Origin: an uncultured Planctomycetota bacterium
GTDB lineage: Bacteria > Planctomycetota > Planctomycetia > Isosphaerales > Isosphaeraceae
DNA: 64,000 nucleotides
Reading direction: 5' to 3'
NCBI GenBank assembly: GCA_963737655.1
Contig: CAVTTN010000002.1
Location: 5,152,001-5,216,000 of the forward strand
Shown here: positions 31,097 through 42,208 of the stretch, one piece after another
Numbering within the stretch: the stretch's first letter is position 1
How the letters are laid out: the number at the start of each line of letters is the position of its first letter
The notes under the pieces: model-generated
Told to the model about the DNA's origin: nothing
What the model saw: only the letters and a program-made list of their open reading frames with translations
Databases searched by the model: none
Made by a program: the position numbers and the translations under genes

Positions 31097-33360
31097 ATGA
31101 ATCTCCCCCGCCCGGATCGTCTCGCGTGGTCCGTGGTCCTGGCCCTCCTCGTCGCCGGGCCCGGGATTTCTCGGGCCGGCGAGGCCGAGAAGGCCCTGGG
31201 GGTCCTGCGGACCTATTGCTACTCGTGCCACGGCAAGCTCGGTCGCGACGAGGGCGGCCTGAACTTCGCGATCGACGGCCCTCGGCTCGTCCGGAGCGGC
31301 CTCGTCACGCCGAAGGAGCCCGAAAAGTCCCGCCTGCTCGCCCGGATGGCCTCGGGCGAGATGCCGCCGGCCGCCGATCCGCTCGTCCCGGACGAGCCTC
31401 CGCCCCGACCCTCGCCGGACGACGTCGCGACGGTCCGCCGATGGATCGCCTCGGGCGCGGAGCCGGCGGCCCTCGCCGTGTGGAAGTCGATCGCCCCGGG
31501 CCCGAGCGAGGCCGCCCGCCTGATCGAGTCCGACTTGAAGACGGCCGCCGAGGCCGACCGCCGCCACTTCCGCTATTTCACCCTGGCGAACCGGGCCGCC
31601 CTGGGCGACGGCGAGGACGCCTTGCAGGGCGCCGAAGCGCCCTGGCCAAGCTCCTCAACGGCCTCTCCTGGCATCGTCGCCTCCGCAATCCCTCGCCCGT
31701 CGATCCGGGCAAGACCCTCCTGAGGATCGACCTCCGCGATTTCCTCTGGGACGCCGACCGTTGGGAGACACTCGTCCGGGCCGATCCGTATGCCATGCCC
31801 CTGGAAGGGCCGTCGGCCCCGGCCGTCGCGGCGAGGACCGGCACCGATCGGCCGATCGTCCGGGTTGACTGGTTCCTCGCCTCCGCCTCCCGGGCCCCCC
31901 TGTATCACGAGCTCTTGAAGCTGCCCAACTCGATGGCGGAGCTGGAAAGCCGGCTGTTCGTGAAGATCGACGACGACCGCAAGAACGGCCGGACCGCCCG
32001 AGTCGGCCTCACCGGCTCGACCGTGACGCCCCAGGGTCGCGTGATCGAGAGGCACGATTCGGCCTTCGGCGCGATGTGGAAGACTTTTGATTTCGCCGAC
32101 CGTCAGGACGTCCGCACGCGCCCTCTCGGGCCCGGCGACGGCCCCCACGACTTCCGCTCCGGAGGCGGCGAGGCCCTCTTCGAGCTGCCCAATGGGATGA
32201 TCGGCTTCTTCGTCGCCTCGGCCGACGGCTCCCGGCTCGACTCGGCGCCGACGGCCCTCCTCCGCGACCCGAAACGGCCGACCGTCCCGGTCGCCAATGG
32301 CCTTTCCTGCCTGGGTTGCCACGCGACGGGGCCGATCGCCGCGACGGACGAGGTCCGGCCGTCCCTGGCGAAATCGAACCTGCCCGACGACGTGCTCGAT
32401 GCCGCCGACGACCTGTATCCCCCTGCGGACCGGCTGGCCGAGCTCGTGCGGAACGATTCGGCCCGCTACGCCCGGGCCGTGGCCGAGACCGGCGCCTTCG
32501 CCGGCCCGACCGAGATCATCGCCACCCTCGCCCGCGAGTTCGAGGCCGACGTGACGCCCGAGACCGCCGCGATCGAGGCCGGATTGGCGCCCGACCCCCT
32601 GAAATCGCTGATCGGCCGGACGCCCCGCCTGTCCCAGGCGCTCCGCCCTCTGACCCAGGGCCAGAGCGTCCGCCGCGAGGCGTTCTCCGAGGCGTTCCCC
32701 GCGCTCGTCGAGGCCAGGTTCCCCGACGCCTCACGCCGGCAGACGATCGTGGAGCGCCGCCCGTCGGCCCCAGGTCCGCAACCTCAACCGCAGCCGCAGC
32801 CGCCGAGGAACGACCCGGCGCCGGCCCCGAAAATGGCCGCCAATCCGCCCAAAGGGACGAAGCCCGGCGCGAAGGGGCGGTATCCGGCCGAGAGGCTCGA
32901 CGCGATCCCCGAGAACGTCCGATCGGACGACCGCGAAGGGTTCCGCGACGTCGCCCCGGAGGGCGCCCTGCTCGTCGGCCTTCGCGTCCGCTACGGCGAG
33001 TTCCTCGGCCGGGCGAAGGTCGGGGCCGTCCAGCCGATCTATCGCAAGGGGACCAAGGAAACCAGGGGCGAATGGCACGGCGAGGCCCAGGGGGGCGAAG
33101 GCGAGGCGATCGCCCGGCCGGGCTACGCCATCGGCGCCCTGAACACGAGGACCGGCCTGCTCGTCGATGGCTGCCAGGTCGTCTTCATGAGGATCAAGGG
33201 GGACCGCCTGATCCCCGAAGATAGCTACAACGCCCCCTGGCTCGGCGACACCCAGAACGGGGGACCGAACTTCATCCTCGGCGAAGGCCGGATCGCCGTC
33301 GGAATCCACGGCCGGGCCGGCCGAGAGCTGAACTCCCTCGGCCTGTTGTTGCTCAAGTGA
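31097..33360 (+). CDS. Planctomycete c-type cytochrome domain protein (2 CxxCH) with C-terminal jacalin-like beta domain; frameshift near 31630
   Basis: CYSCH..MPP..VRRWI (PSCyt1-like); LRIDLRD, VRVDWF, GGEALFELPNG, NGLSCLGCH. ORFs 31067-31723 and 31126-33360 join. Confidence 0.82.
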
Positions 33361-33380
33361 TCGCGCCGGGGAGGGCCGTC

Positions 33381-33440
33381 TCGTAGGACAGGCCTCGGCC
33401 TGCCGTCCCCCGGATCGGCAGGCCGAGGCCTGCCCTACGA
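33381..33440. repeat. REPIN-like inverted doublet, GTAG family
   Basis: GTAGGACAGGCCTCGGCCTGCC...GGCAGGCCGAGGCCTGCCCTAC between convergent genes; second copy at 53629. Confidence 0.85.
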
Positions 33441-33544
33441 AGACCCGATGCCGCCTCTCGCGATCGAAGACCGACCGAATCGGCGTGATCCGCGGTTGCC
33501 GAAGGCCCTCCCCGATCCCGTTCGAGCGGTCTTTCCATTCCCGA

Positions 33545-35335
33545 TCACCGGCCCAGCCGGCCCCGGCTCCTCGGGCCGATCGGGGGTCGGGCGGGGATCG
33601 CGCCTCGGGAGGGGAGCCTGGGCGTGATCCTCGGGCCGATGCCGAAGCGGTCGTGGAGGCTCGGGCGGTTCCCTCCGGCCCCGGGCGGCTCGACGAGGAT
33701 CACCACGGCGTCCTTCGGGTTCGACTGGACGCCGTCCCTCAGGAGGGCGAGCAACGGGCCGGGCACGTCCGTCTTGAGCGTCGTCATCAGCGAGGAAACG
33801 GCCTCGAAATGCGCCCGGCGGAGCTCGACGGACCGGTTGCGCATCGCGTTCGGGTCCGACGGGCTCCCCTGCGCGACCTGATCGGTCATCGTCTTCAAGT
33901 CCGCATACGTATTGGAGAGCTTGAGGATGCCCTCGCGGACCGGGTCGGGGTAGTTCTTCGAGTCGTGGGCGACCTGCCTCGCCTCGTCGCGGAGGTTGGC
34001 GAACAGCGTCCGGTCGAGCGAGCCGAGCGCCTCGAGGGCCCTGGGTCGGTCGATGACGTTGGCGAGCATCCCCTCGACGGCCGCGACCTGGATCGCCCCC
34101 CCGGCGGTCAGGAGGCGGAACGCCAGGGGGAGGCGATGGCGGGCCCGGGTCGCCTGCTTGTCGGCCGCCGAGAGCGTCGCGAGCTTCGCCACGGCGTCGT
34201 TGAGGTCCTCGATCGGGATGCAGAACGCCACGCCCTCCTGAGACGTCGCCTTGAGGGTCGCCACGCCGATGACCTCGCCCCGAGAGTCGAGCACCGGGCC
34301 GCCGGAATTGCCGTGGTTGATCGCGATCCCGAGCTGGTAGAAGTCCCGGCCGTCCACCTTCGTCTGGACGCTCAGGACCCCTCGGCTCACGGCGTTCTCC
34401 AGGACCCCGCCCTCGTCGCCGAACCCCGGGCTGCCGATGACCGTGACGTCCTCCCCCTTGCGATACAGGAATCGCGAGGCCAGGCCCAGCGGCGGCAAAT
34501 CCGTCTTCACGGCCAGGAACGCCAGGTCGCGCCTGGGGTCTTCGTAAAGCAAGTCGACCGAGCGAGGCCCTCGCCCGTCACCCGCCGCGGCGGGGAACAT
34601 CACTTCAAGATTCGAGAGGAACTCATCGTCGATCACGTGGGCATTCGTCGCGATGACGCCGGGCCGGATGACGAACCCGGTGCCGCTCGACACCCTGCCG
34701 CGGATCAGGGCGATGGAGGCGTCGCATCGCTCGACGATCTCGGCGGTGGTCAGGCTCCGCCCGGCGGCGGGAGGCGGGGCGGGCCCGGGGGTCGGGACCG
34801 GCCAGGGCGCCGGCGAGGCGGCGATCCGGGGCGGAGGCGAGGCGGGCTTCGCCTCGTCCTTCACGATCGGATCGGGCGGGAGCAGGACGGGCAAAGCCTC
34901 CTCCGCCACCTTCGCCGGGACCTCGGGCGGCGCGATCGGGAGCTCGGGAAGCGTCCCCTGGGCGACAACCTCCGGCCTCGCCGGCGGCCCCTCGGGCTTC
35001 CGAAGCAGGAGGACGGCGACCAGAGCCACCAACCCCACCAGGACCAACCCGCCGCCGCCCAGGACCGGAACGACCCAGCCCGGCAACGCCGGCGCCGGCG
35101 GCGGATGGAAAGGCGGGGCCGACGGCCTCGGCACCCCCAGCCGCTCGGGATGAATCGGCTCCGGTTCCAATTCCGGTTCCGGTACCGGCCCCGGAATCGG
35201 CTCCGACCCGTTCCCGGGGACCCTCTGGAGGACGAACCGATTGTTGCAGGCCGGACAAACCACCCGCCGACCCTCGGCCGACTCCGGCACCCGCCCGGTC
35301 CGGCCGCACGTCGGACAAAGGATCGAAATATTCAT
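33545..35335 (-). CDS. Trypsin-like (S1C) serine protease with N-terminal zinc ribbon and TM helix
   Basis: CPTC..CPAC; TM; SGTGF, ATNAHV (His), DLAFL (Asp), INHGNSGGP (Ser). Start ATG 35335. Confidence 0.9.
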   Translation of the reverse strand: MNISILCPTCGRTGRVPESAEGRRVVCPACNNRFVLQRVPGNGSEPIPGPVPEPELEPEPIHPERLGVPRPSAPPFHPPPAPALPGWVVPVLGGGGLVLVGLVALVAVLLLRKPEGPPARPEVVAQGTLPELPIAPPEVPAKVAEEALPVLLPPDPIVKDEAKPASPPPRIAASPAPWPVPTPGPAPPPAAGRSLTTAEIVERCDASIALIRGRVSSGTGFVIRPGVIATNAHVIDDEFLSNLEVMFPAAAGDGRGPRSVDLLYEDPRRDLAFLAVKTDLPPLGLASRFLYRKGEDVTVIGSPGFGDEGGVLENAVSRGVLSVQTKVDGRDFYQLGIAINHGNSGGPVLDSRGEVIGVATLKATSQEGVAFCIPIEDLNDAVAKLATLSAADKQATRARHRLPLAFRLLTAGGAIQVAAVEGMLANVIDRPRALEALGSLDRTLFANLRDEARQVAHDSKNYPDPVREGILKLSNTYADLKTMTDQVAQGSPSDPNAMRNRSVELRRAHFEAVSSLMTTLKTDVPGPLLALLRDGVQSNPKDAVVILVEPPGAGGNRPSLHDRFGIGPRITPRLPSRGAIPARPPIGPRSRGRLGR

Positions 35336-35658
35336 CAACGCCCCATCCCAGACCTGGCAAGGAGGATCGGGGCGCCCCGGGCCCCGTCGGTTTCCCGGAT
35401 TGGAAAGCCTACGACCCTCGCGGGCGACGGTCAAGGAACGCATCTGGTGCTTCCTCGCGATCGCAGCATTTCTTGAGGACCGGGTCGATCGTCCATTTGG
35501 ACCGAGAGTCCTTTGGCCACCCTCGTCTCCGGCGCTCGCGGCGACGAGGCGAAGCGGCCGGTCCCGCGAGACGCCGAGACGCTGGTGCCTTGTAGCTTGC
35601 ATTTCGTCGGTAGTGTCACTACACGGACCGATGGTCGCACGTTCAGTTGGAGGATGCC

Positions 35659-36327
35659 ATGACGATCCTTGGTCGAGGCGTCTATAGCCTCCCGGAAGCG
35701 GCTCGACTGACGCAGCTTCGACCGGCCCGGGTTCGCGCCTGGTTCCGTTCCGACGCGGACGGCCAGGACGGCACACCCGTCTTTCAGAGCGACTATCCCC
35801 CGGTGGCGGGCGAGCGAGCGATTAGCTTTCTCGATTTGATCGAGGTCTGTATCGCCGGAAAGCTGCGGTCCGCCAACCCACCGGTGTCCTTGCAACACAT
35901 CAGAAATGTCCACGGCACATTGTCTCGTGAGACCGGCCAGGACCATCCCTTCTGCACACGGGAGATCTACCATGGCGGAGGCCGGATCTTCACCAGACAG
36001 TTCACCGACCGCGAGTCCCATGCCGTCATCGAACCCCTCACTCATCAGGCGTATCTTGATGCGGTGATCCTGCCCTTCCTCCAACGGATCGACTACGACG
36101 AGGTCACGACGCTGGCAAAGTTGTGGAGGATCGCCGACGGGGTCGTGATCGATCCGACCCGATGCTTCGGCAAGCCGATCGTCGAGGCGGCCGGGATCGC
36201 GACCCGGGTGCTCGCCTCGGCCTTCGAAGCCAATGGGAGAGACGCCCAGCGGGTCGCGGACTGGTACGCGGTCGCTCCGGCGGACGTCGTCGCGGCCGTG
36301 GACTTCGAACGAAGGCACGCCGCGTGA
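35659..36327 (+). CDS. HTH + DUF433 protein (VapB45-like antitoxin)
   Basis: GVYSLPEAARL, ISFLDLIE, VVIDPTRCFGKPIV..GIAT, VADWY..VVAAVDFE; GGAGG RBS. Confidence 0.88.
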   Translation: MTILGRGVYSLPEAARLTQLRPARVRAWFRSDADGQDGTPVFQSDYPPVAGERAISFLDLIEVCIAGKLRSANPPVSLQHIRNVHGTLSRETGQDHPFCTREIYHGGGRIFTRQFTDRESHAVIEPLTHQAYLDAVILPFLQRIDYDEVTTLAKLWRIADGVVIDPTRCFGKPIVEAAGIATRVLASAFEANGRDAQRVADWYAVAPADVVAAVDFERRHAA

Positions 36328-36767
36328 TGAAGCTCTTCTTCGATCGCAACTGCGTCGTCCGCACGGCACGCATGTTGTCGATCTTTGAATGGCCGTCGGG
36401 GCATCACGTCCGGCATCACGACGACGACCCGCGGTTCACCAGGACCAGTCGGGACGCGGAAATCCTGACCGCCCTGCACGACGAAGCCCCGGACTGGGTC
36501 TTCGTCGGGGGCGACGGCAAGATCCTGAGGAACAAGGCCGAGCTGGCGGTCCTGGCCGAGACCGATTTAAACTATCTGGTATTGAATCATGTCTGGTGCA
36601 ACAAGCGAATCGAGGAGACTTGCTGGATGCTGATCAAGGGATGGCCGAAGATCCTGGCGGAGATCGAGCGGCTGCGAGTCCATTCCATCCTGGAATTGAA
36701 ATTCAGCACCGCCGGAAACGTCGAAAACCTGGGTCCGACCGCCAGCTTCCGACCTCGACGTGGGTAG
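36327..36767 (+). CDS. PIN-like (VapC45-type) toxin
   Basis: MKLFFDRN, DAEIL, WVFVGGDGKILRNKAE; start overlaps the antitoxin stop (GTGATG). Confidence 0.82.
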   Translation: MKLFFDRNCVVRTARMLSIFEWPSGHHVRHHDDDPRFTRTSRDAEILTALHDEAPDWVFVGGDGKILRNKAELAVLAETDLNYLVLNHVWCNKRIEETCWMLIKGWPKILAEIERLRVHSILELKFSTAGNVENLGPTASFRPRRG

Positions 36768-36869
36768 CCCACCCGCTCCGACTCGTCGCATTCGCTCCCT
36801 GGCCTTCGGTCACGGATCGTCTCTCCGCCGGGTCGGGCAACCCGGCTCTTGACTCCCCGATCCTCGCGT

Positions 36870-37991
36870 TCACCGCCCCGCGATCGCGATCCGCTCCAGG
36901 AACTCGGCGTTGCTCTTGCCCTTGCTCAACTGGCGGAGGAGGCCCTCCATCGCCTCGACGGGCTTCATGTCGGCGAGCGTGCGCCTGAGGAGGTTGACCC
37001 GGGCGAGGGTGCTGGGTTCGAGGAGCCGCTCTTCCTTCCTCGTGCCGGACTGGTTGACGTCGATCGCCGGCCAGACGCGGCGGTCGGCCAGGCGGCGGTC
37101 GAGCACCAGCTCCATGTTGCCGGTGCCCTTGAACTCCTGGAAGATCAGGTCGTCCATCCGGCTGTTGGTCTCGACCAGGCAGGTGGCCAGGACCGTCAGC
37201 GAGCCGCCTTCCTCGAAGACCCGGGCGGCCCCGAACAGCTTCTTGGGCACGTCCAGCGCCTTGATGTCCACGCCCCCGGACATCGTCCGGCCGGAGTTCG
37301 AGCCCTTGTTGTAGGCCCGGGCCAACCGCGTGAGGCTGTCCAGGAGGATGAGGACCTGGCCCCCCCCCTCGGCGATCCTCTTGGCCCGGTCCACGGCGAG
37401 CTGGGCCAGCCGGATGTGCTCCTCGGGGGCGTGGTCGTTGGAGGAGGCGACGACCTCCCCCTGGACCGATCGCTTCATCTCGGTGACTTCCTCGGGCCTC
37501 TCATCCACCAGGAGGACCATCAAGTGGACCTCGGGATGATTCCTGGCGACGGCCGAGGCGATCTGCTGGAGGAGGACGGTCTTGCCCGTCCGGGGCGGGG
37601 CGACGATCAGCCCTCGCTGGCCCTTGCCGACGGGCGTGAGCAGGTCGATCACGCGGGGGCCCAGCGGCTCGGCGCCGGTCTCCAGGCGGATCGGCTCGTG
37701 GGGGTCGATCGCGGTCAGGTCGTCGAACCCGGGGCGGGCCAGGTACTGGTCGGGGGCGTTCCCCTCGATCTCGGTCAATTCGGCGAGCTTCGGCCCCTGA
37801 CCCCGGGAGGCCGGCTCGACCGTGCCGGTCAGCCGGGCGCCCTGGCGGATCCCGAACTTCTGGAGGATCGGGCCGCCCACATAAACGTCTTCGGCCGCGA
37901 CTCGATAATTGCGCTTCGGGTCCCGGAGGAAACCATGCCCCCTCGGGTGAAGCTCCAAAACACCCGTCCGGGTGCTCTCGGCGGTCGTCAT
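36870..37991 (-). CDS. rho: Transcription termination factor Rho (short form)
   Basis: [76 protein letters not shown]. Confidence 0.95.
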   Translation of the reverse strand: MTTAESTRTGVLELHPRGHGFLRDPKRNYRVAAEDVYVGGPILQKFGIRQGARLTGTVEPASRGQGPKLAELTEIEGNAPDQYLARPGFDDLTAIDPHEPIRLETGAEPLGPRVIDLLTPVGKGQRGLIVAPPRTGKTVLLQQIASAVARNHPEVHLMVLLVDERPEEVTEMKRSVQGEVVASSNDHAPEEHIRLAQLAVDRAKRIAEGGGQVLILLDSLTRLARAYNKGSNSGRTMSGGVDIKALDVPKKLFGAARVFEEGGSLTVLATCLVETNSRMDDLIFQEFKGTGNMELVLDRRLADRRVWPAIDVNQSGTRKEERLLEPSTLARVNLLRRTLADMKPVEAMEGLLRQLSKGKSNAEFLERIAIAGR

Positions 37992-38291
37992 GGGATGCGA
38001 ACTCGCGACGGGGGCCACGATCGAGGGGCCCGCCCGGGCTCGAGCGAGCCGGAGGACCGGCCTTCCAATCGCTCCTCGGGGGACGACGGCGGGCCGGAGG
38101 ATCGGGGGGTGGACTCGGGGGATCTCGGAGAGGCTCGGGGACGCCCCCCAGCATACCGCCTCCGCGTCGGCCCGTCCATCGCCGAGACTCCCTCCGCCTC
38201 GCACTCCGCCGGACTCGGTGATACGATGGACGGGAAGGGACGACGCCTCGTCCCGAGACTCACAGGGCCGACCGGCCCGAAGGGGGGAGCC

Positions 38292-39047
38292 GTGGAGATT
38301 CGCTCGCGACGGTCCGCCGGATTGGCCCTGATCGTATCGGCCGGCCTGCTCGCCGGCCTCGGCTCCGCAACGGCCCAGGCCCAGGCCGTCCACCCCAGCG
38401 ACATGCTCCGCAGCGGGATGGCCCCGAAATTCGCGCCCTCCGGCGACTGGGCCGAGATCCTCACCGTGACCCCCCGATGGCTCGTCATCCAGAACGCCTC
38501 CGGCCAGCAATTCCCGGTCTCCGTGGATTCCATGGGCCTCTTCGTCATCCGATGGCCCATGGACCCGACCGCCATCAGCCCGGCCGCCCTGGTCGAGACC
38601 ACCGGCGTCCAGCTCGGCTCGCACCGGATCAGCACCGACCACGTCGACGTCTTCGAGGGGACCGCCCGCAACCTCGTCCAGCCGATCTTCCAGGAAATCA
38701 TCGGCTTCGGCCGGACCCCCACCTATTTTGATATCCAGGCCCAGAACAACTACGGACGCTTCATCCCCCTCCTGCCCGGAGAGGACCAGATGCCCGTCCG
38801 GCTCCACATCGTCGGCCCGGCCGTCGGCCTCGATCCGCTGAGCATCGGCGCCTCCGGGAACGTCGCCGTCAGCGTCTTCCCATCCGGCTCCGGCCTCTTC
38901 TTCAGCCAGGTCACCCCGGGTTCCGTCGGCTACCTCCGCCCCGGAGACCTCGTGTATTACGTCCCCACCGGAATCGCCCCCAAAACCCTCATCCTCTCCC
39001 AGATCGTCGCCTACAAGACCATGTCCTTCTCGCAGTTCACCCCCTGA
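38292..39047 (+). CDS. Hypothetical secreted protein
   Basis: GTG start after GGGGGAG; signal peptide ending AQA; strongly coding-like codon usage. Confidence 0.75.
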   Translation: MEIRSRRSAGLALIVSAGLLAGLGSATAQAQAVHPSDMLRSGMAPKFAPSGDWAEILTVTPRWLVIQNASGQQFPVSVDSMGLFVIRWPMDPTAISPAALVETTGVQLGSHRISTDHVDVFEGTARNLVQPIFQEIIGFGRTPTYFDIQAQNNYGRFIPLLPGEDQMPVRLHIVGPAVGLDPLSIGASGNVAVSVFPSGSGLFFSQVTPGSVGYLRPGDLVYYVPTGIAPKTLILSQIVAYKTMSFSQFTP

Positions 39048-39471
39048 CCCGACGGAACTTGACGACACTTTTCGGCGGAAAAGTGGCGATTCGCCTTGAA
39101 AACAAGGGGATTCGGGCGCGCAGTCACCGATGCGCGCAGAGGCTGGCTCACGTATTGGATTTCGGATGCCTCGAGCCGAAACCCTTTCCGGGAATCAACC
39201 TGCGGCCGCCGTGCCTCGAGGCCCGAGGGTCGGCAAAGCGCCCGGAACGGGGACCATTCGGGCGGCCCTCGGCGCGTGGGGTTTGCCGGGGGCGTGTCAC
39301 CCAGATTCTTTCATGAAATCCGATGTCCCATTCACGATTCGAGCGATCCGTGAATGGACGGGCACGATTTCGGGTGATCGCCGGGCCGGGCCCTCGCGAT
39401 GGTGACTGAGGAGGGGACGGGCATCCGGCCGGGCGCCGGAGGTCCACCGGCCTCGCGCGAGGCTCCGTCAC

Positions 39472-41160
39472 TCAATTCCTCCGACGCGCCGGGGCCGGCT
39501 CGGGTTCCGGCTCCTTCTTCTCCGACGGGCCGGCGGCCACCGGGGCGACGTCGTCCTGGCCGCCCTCGCCGCCCCGGTCGCGATAGAGCGGCAGATACCG
39601 ATAATAGACTTCCAGCGTGAGGAGGGAGAGCGACGTGGTGTACAATCGACCTCCGCGCTGGCCCCACAGGTCCACCTGGGGCTCGCTCGGGTCCCAGCTC
39701 CCCCGGTCGCACCCCAGGCCGTCCCTCTGCATCGCCACCAGGCCGTCGCGGACCCGGACGTTCCACTGCTCCCACTCCTTGCCCTTCATGTTGTGGAGGA
39801 GCTGGGTCGCGTAATACCAGTAATAAATGTTCCTTTGCGTCGATGCTTCGAGGTGGGCGGCGATCCCGGCGGCCCCGGCGAGCAGGGCGGGATGGTCCCT
39901 GGGCCAGCCCAGCATCTGGCGGCAGACCAGGCCCTCGGCCGTCATGCTCGGCGTGGCCGCCCAGCCGGCCTGATAGCCGTAAGTCGCTCCGGAGCCATCA
40001 CTTGCAGCCAGATCAAGATACTCGCGGGCCCGCTTGAGCACCCCCTTGTTCGTCTCCAGGCCGGCGATGTGGGCGCTCCTCATCGCGAAGACCTGCCAGC
40101 CGAAGACCGAGGTGTCCCCCGCCTGCCCCGGCTCGTACCGCCACCCGCCGTCGAACCGATTCTGATTGCGGTTGATGTAATAAATCGCCTTCTGCGCCGG
40201 GTCGCGGAGCCTCTTGTCCTTGGTCATCCCATACGCTTCGCAGAGGGCCATCGCGGCGATGGCGTGGCTGTAATAGAGCGTGTGCATCCCGCCGCCCACG
40301 TACAGCTCGCCGTTGGACCTCTGGTTCTTGATCAACCAAAGAAGGCCGCGCTCGATGGTTTTCTGATACCGGCCGGGCTGGGTGTGGGTGTGGCCGGCGC
40401 CCAGGAGGGGGAGCAGGGCCAGGCCGGTGGCGGCGGTGTCCGACTCGGTGGCGAAGGCGTCGGGGCAGCCGGTCCCCTTGCACATCGGGTTGGTGTCCAG
40501 GCTCCAGGCGCCGTCGGGCCTCTGGTGCCGGGCGATCCAGTCGAGGCCCAGCTCCACGGCCTTCTCCGATTCGACCGTCCCCCCCTCGCGACGGACCATC
40601 TTGGCCCGCCCCTCGGCCTGACGGCCCGAGAACGGGGCCATCTGGGGCAGCCTCTCGGAGAACGCGCCATTGCCCTCGCCGGCCTTCGCGGCCTTCGCGT
40701 TCTTCGACGCAACCCCTTTGGACATCGCGTCCTTGGGCATCCCGGGCTCACGCTCGACCAGGTTCAGGACCGGCCCCACGGCGAACGTGTCGGGCAATCG
40801 CGGCGTGCGGATCACGTCGATCTTCGGCGGGTCCTTGTCCAGGGACAGCGACGGCGGCTCGTCCGATTTCTGCGTGGTGAACGGGTCGCCCGAGTGGTTC
40901 GCCGGGGCCGCCGAGATCACGTCGTCGGTGAGTTGGCCGAGCGTGGTGTCGAGGTTCGGCACCCGCTTCGGCCCGCCCGGCTCGTTCAGGGCCCGGACGA
41001 CCAACGCCAGGAACAGCAACAGGGCGACGTGGAACACCAGGCTCGTGCCCCAGGGCGTGAGCCATCGGAGCCAGTCGGGCGTCTCGCGGTCGAGCTTCCG
41101 CAAGGTCTTGCGGAGCCGGACCTTGGCGATCCGCCAGACGCGGGGCCGCGATCGGGGCAT
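39472..41160 (-). CDS. Membrane-anchored prenyltransferase/squalene-oxidase repeat (terpene cyclase-like fold) protein
   Basis: WGTSLVFH TM; GLDWIARHQRPDGAW, ATGLALLPLLGAG, DGGWRY, YYWYYATQ, GSWDP, GGRLYTTSL, LEVYYRYLPLY. Confidence 0.88.
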   Translation of the reverse strand: MPRSRPRVWRIAKVRLRKTLRKLDRETPDWLRWLTPWGTSLVFHVALLLFLALVVRALNEPGGPKRVPNLDTTLGQLTDDVISAAPANHSGDPFTTQKSDEPPSLSLDKDPPKIDVIRTPRLPDTFAVGPVLNLVEREPGMPKDAMSKGVASKNAKAAKAGEGNGAFSERLPQMAPFSGRQAEGRAKMVRREGGTVESEKAVELGLDWIARHQRPDGAWSLDTNPMCKGTGCPDAFATESDTAATGLALLPLLGAGHTHTQPGRYQKTIERGLLWLIKNQRSNGELYVGGGMHTLYYSHAIAAMALCEAYGMTKDKRLRDPAQKAIYYINRNQNRFDGGWRYEPGQAGDTSVFGWQVFAMRSAHIAGLETNKGVLKRAREYLDLAASDGSGATYGYQAGWAATPSMTAEGLVCRQMLGWPRDHPALLAGAAGIAAHLEASTQRNIYYWYYATQLLHNMKGKEWEQWNVRVRDGLVAMQRDGLGCDRGSWDPSEPQVDLWGQRGGRLYTTSLSLLTLEVYYRYLPLYRDRGGEGGQDDVAPVAAGPSEKKEPEPEPAPARRRN

Positions 41161-41427
41161 CGGGAGGGGTCCTGTCCGGGTGCAAGGGTTCGATCGGGCC
41201 CGACCGGGCCGACGGGACGTCCGTGATCGAGCGAAGACGGGAGAGGACTCGCCCTTCTGAAAGACGCCCCAGGCGCCCCGCGTATTCTATCCGGGCCCCG
41301 GCCCGATCGAGCGATCGAACCCGGTCCCCACGGCGATAGTCCCTCCAAGAAGAGCGTTCGCGCCGCGAAAAATCGTTCCTTTTCGATCGTTTTTCCCCGG
41401 GCCACCACCAGCACGTCGTTGGGAACA

Positions 41428-41497
41428 AGGAAAACTGAACGCAGATGACGCAGATTGAGAGTTTGTTGAATCTGCGTCATCTGCGTTCAGTTTTCCT
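41428..41497. repeat. Perfect 29-bp inverted repeat with ACGCAGAT(G/T) 9-nt units
   Basis: AGGAAAACTGAACGCAGATGACGCAGATT - 12 nt - AATCTGCGTCATCTGCGTTCAGTTTTCCT. Confidence 0.92.
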
Positions 41498-41504
41498 GGA
41501 TTCC

Positions 41505-42208
41505 TCATTTCGCCTTGGCTTTCTGCCGTTTCGCGGCTTCGGCCAGGACGGCTTCGGGATCGTCGTCGAAGAGTTCCTTGCAGCCGGAGCAGCAGACGTA
41601 ATAGGTCTGGCCCTTGTACTTGACCTGGATGGTGCCCCGGCCCTCGGTGACGATGCAGACCGGGCCGGTTTCTCCCGACGCAAACGCCACGCCCTGACGG
41701 GTATAGCCCACCTCGCCCAGACGGCCGAAATTGCCGGAGCCGTCCTCGGTTTCGAGGAGGATGAGCAACCGGGTGTCGTGCAGGGGGGTCAGGGTGATCC
41801 GGGCGAGGCCGCCGTCGGGCGGGACGTCGGCCCGGAGCGGGAGGGCGTTCTTCTCGCCCGCCTTGCCGGAGAACGAGCGTTTGGTGCCGTCGGCCAGGAT
41901 GGCGTCGAGCCGGAAGGTCCCGGGGTCCTTGGCGGGATGCAACGCCGCACTCTTCAGGTACTTACCCTTCTCCACGGTCATGACCAGGGCGGCCGATTCC
42001 GGGCCGAGCTTCCAGGCCCAGTCGGCCTTCTCGGTCCAGGCCCCTCGGCGCTGCCTCGCTGGGGCATGCCGGTCCCCTTCCACTCGCCGACGAGGCCGGC
42101 GAACGGCTTCAAAGCGGCCTGGTCCGCGAGGCGAGCAGTCGGAGTCGGCGGGTCGCCCGGGGGGAAGACGCTCAGGGCGAGGATCACCGTCGGGAGGATC
42201 GGGCCCAT
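41505..42208 (-). CDS. Secreted YHS-domain protein; frameshift near 42040
   Basis: ALKPFAGLVGEWKGTGMPQRGSA / WTEKADWAW...CIVTEGRGTIQVKYKGQTYYVCCSGCKELFDDDP. Confidence 0.85.

Noticed and set aside
39050..39470. Possible ncRNA or riboswitch in the 420-bp gap between convergent genes
   Set aside because: Only a short hairpin (CACTTTTC-GGCG-GAAAAGTG) is visible; no recognisable family motif.
39472..41160. Squalene-hopene cyclase
   Set aside because: Single barrel with an N-terminal TM and no DxDD motif; fits the generic planctomycete prenyltransferase-repeat family.
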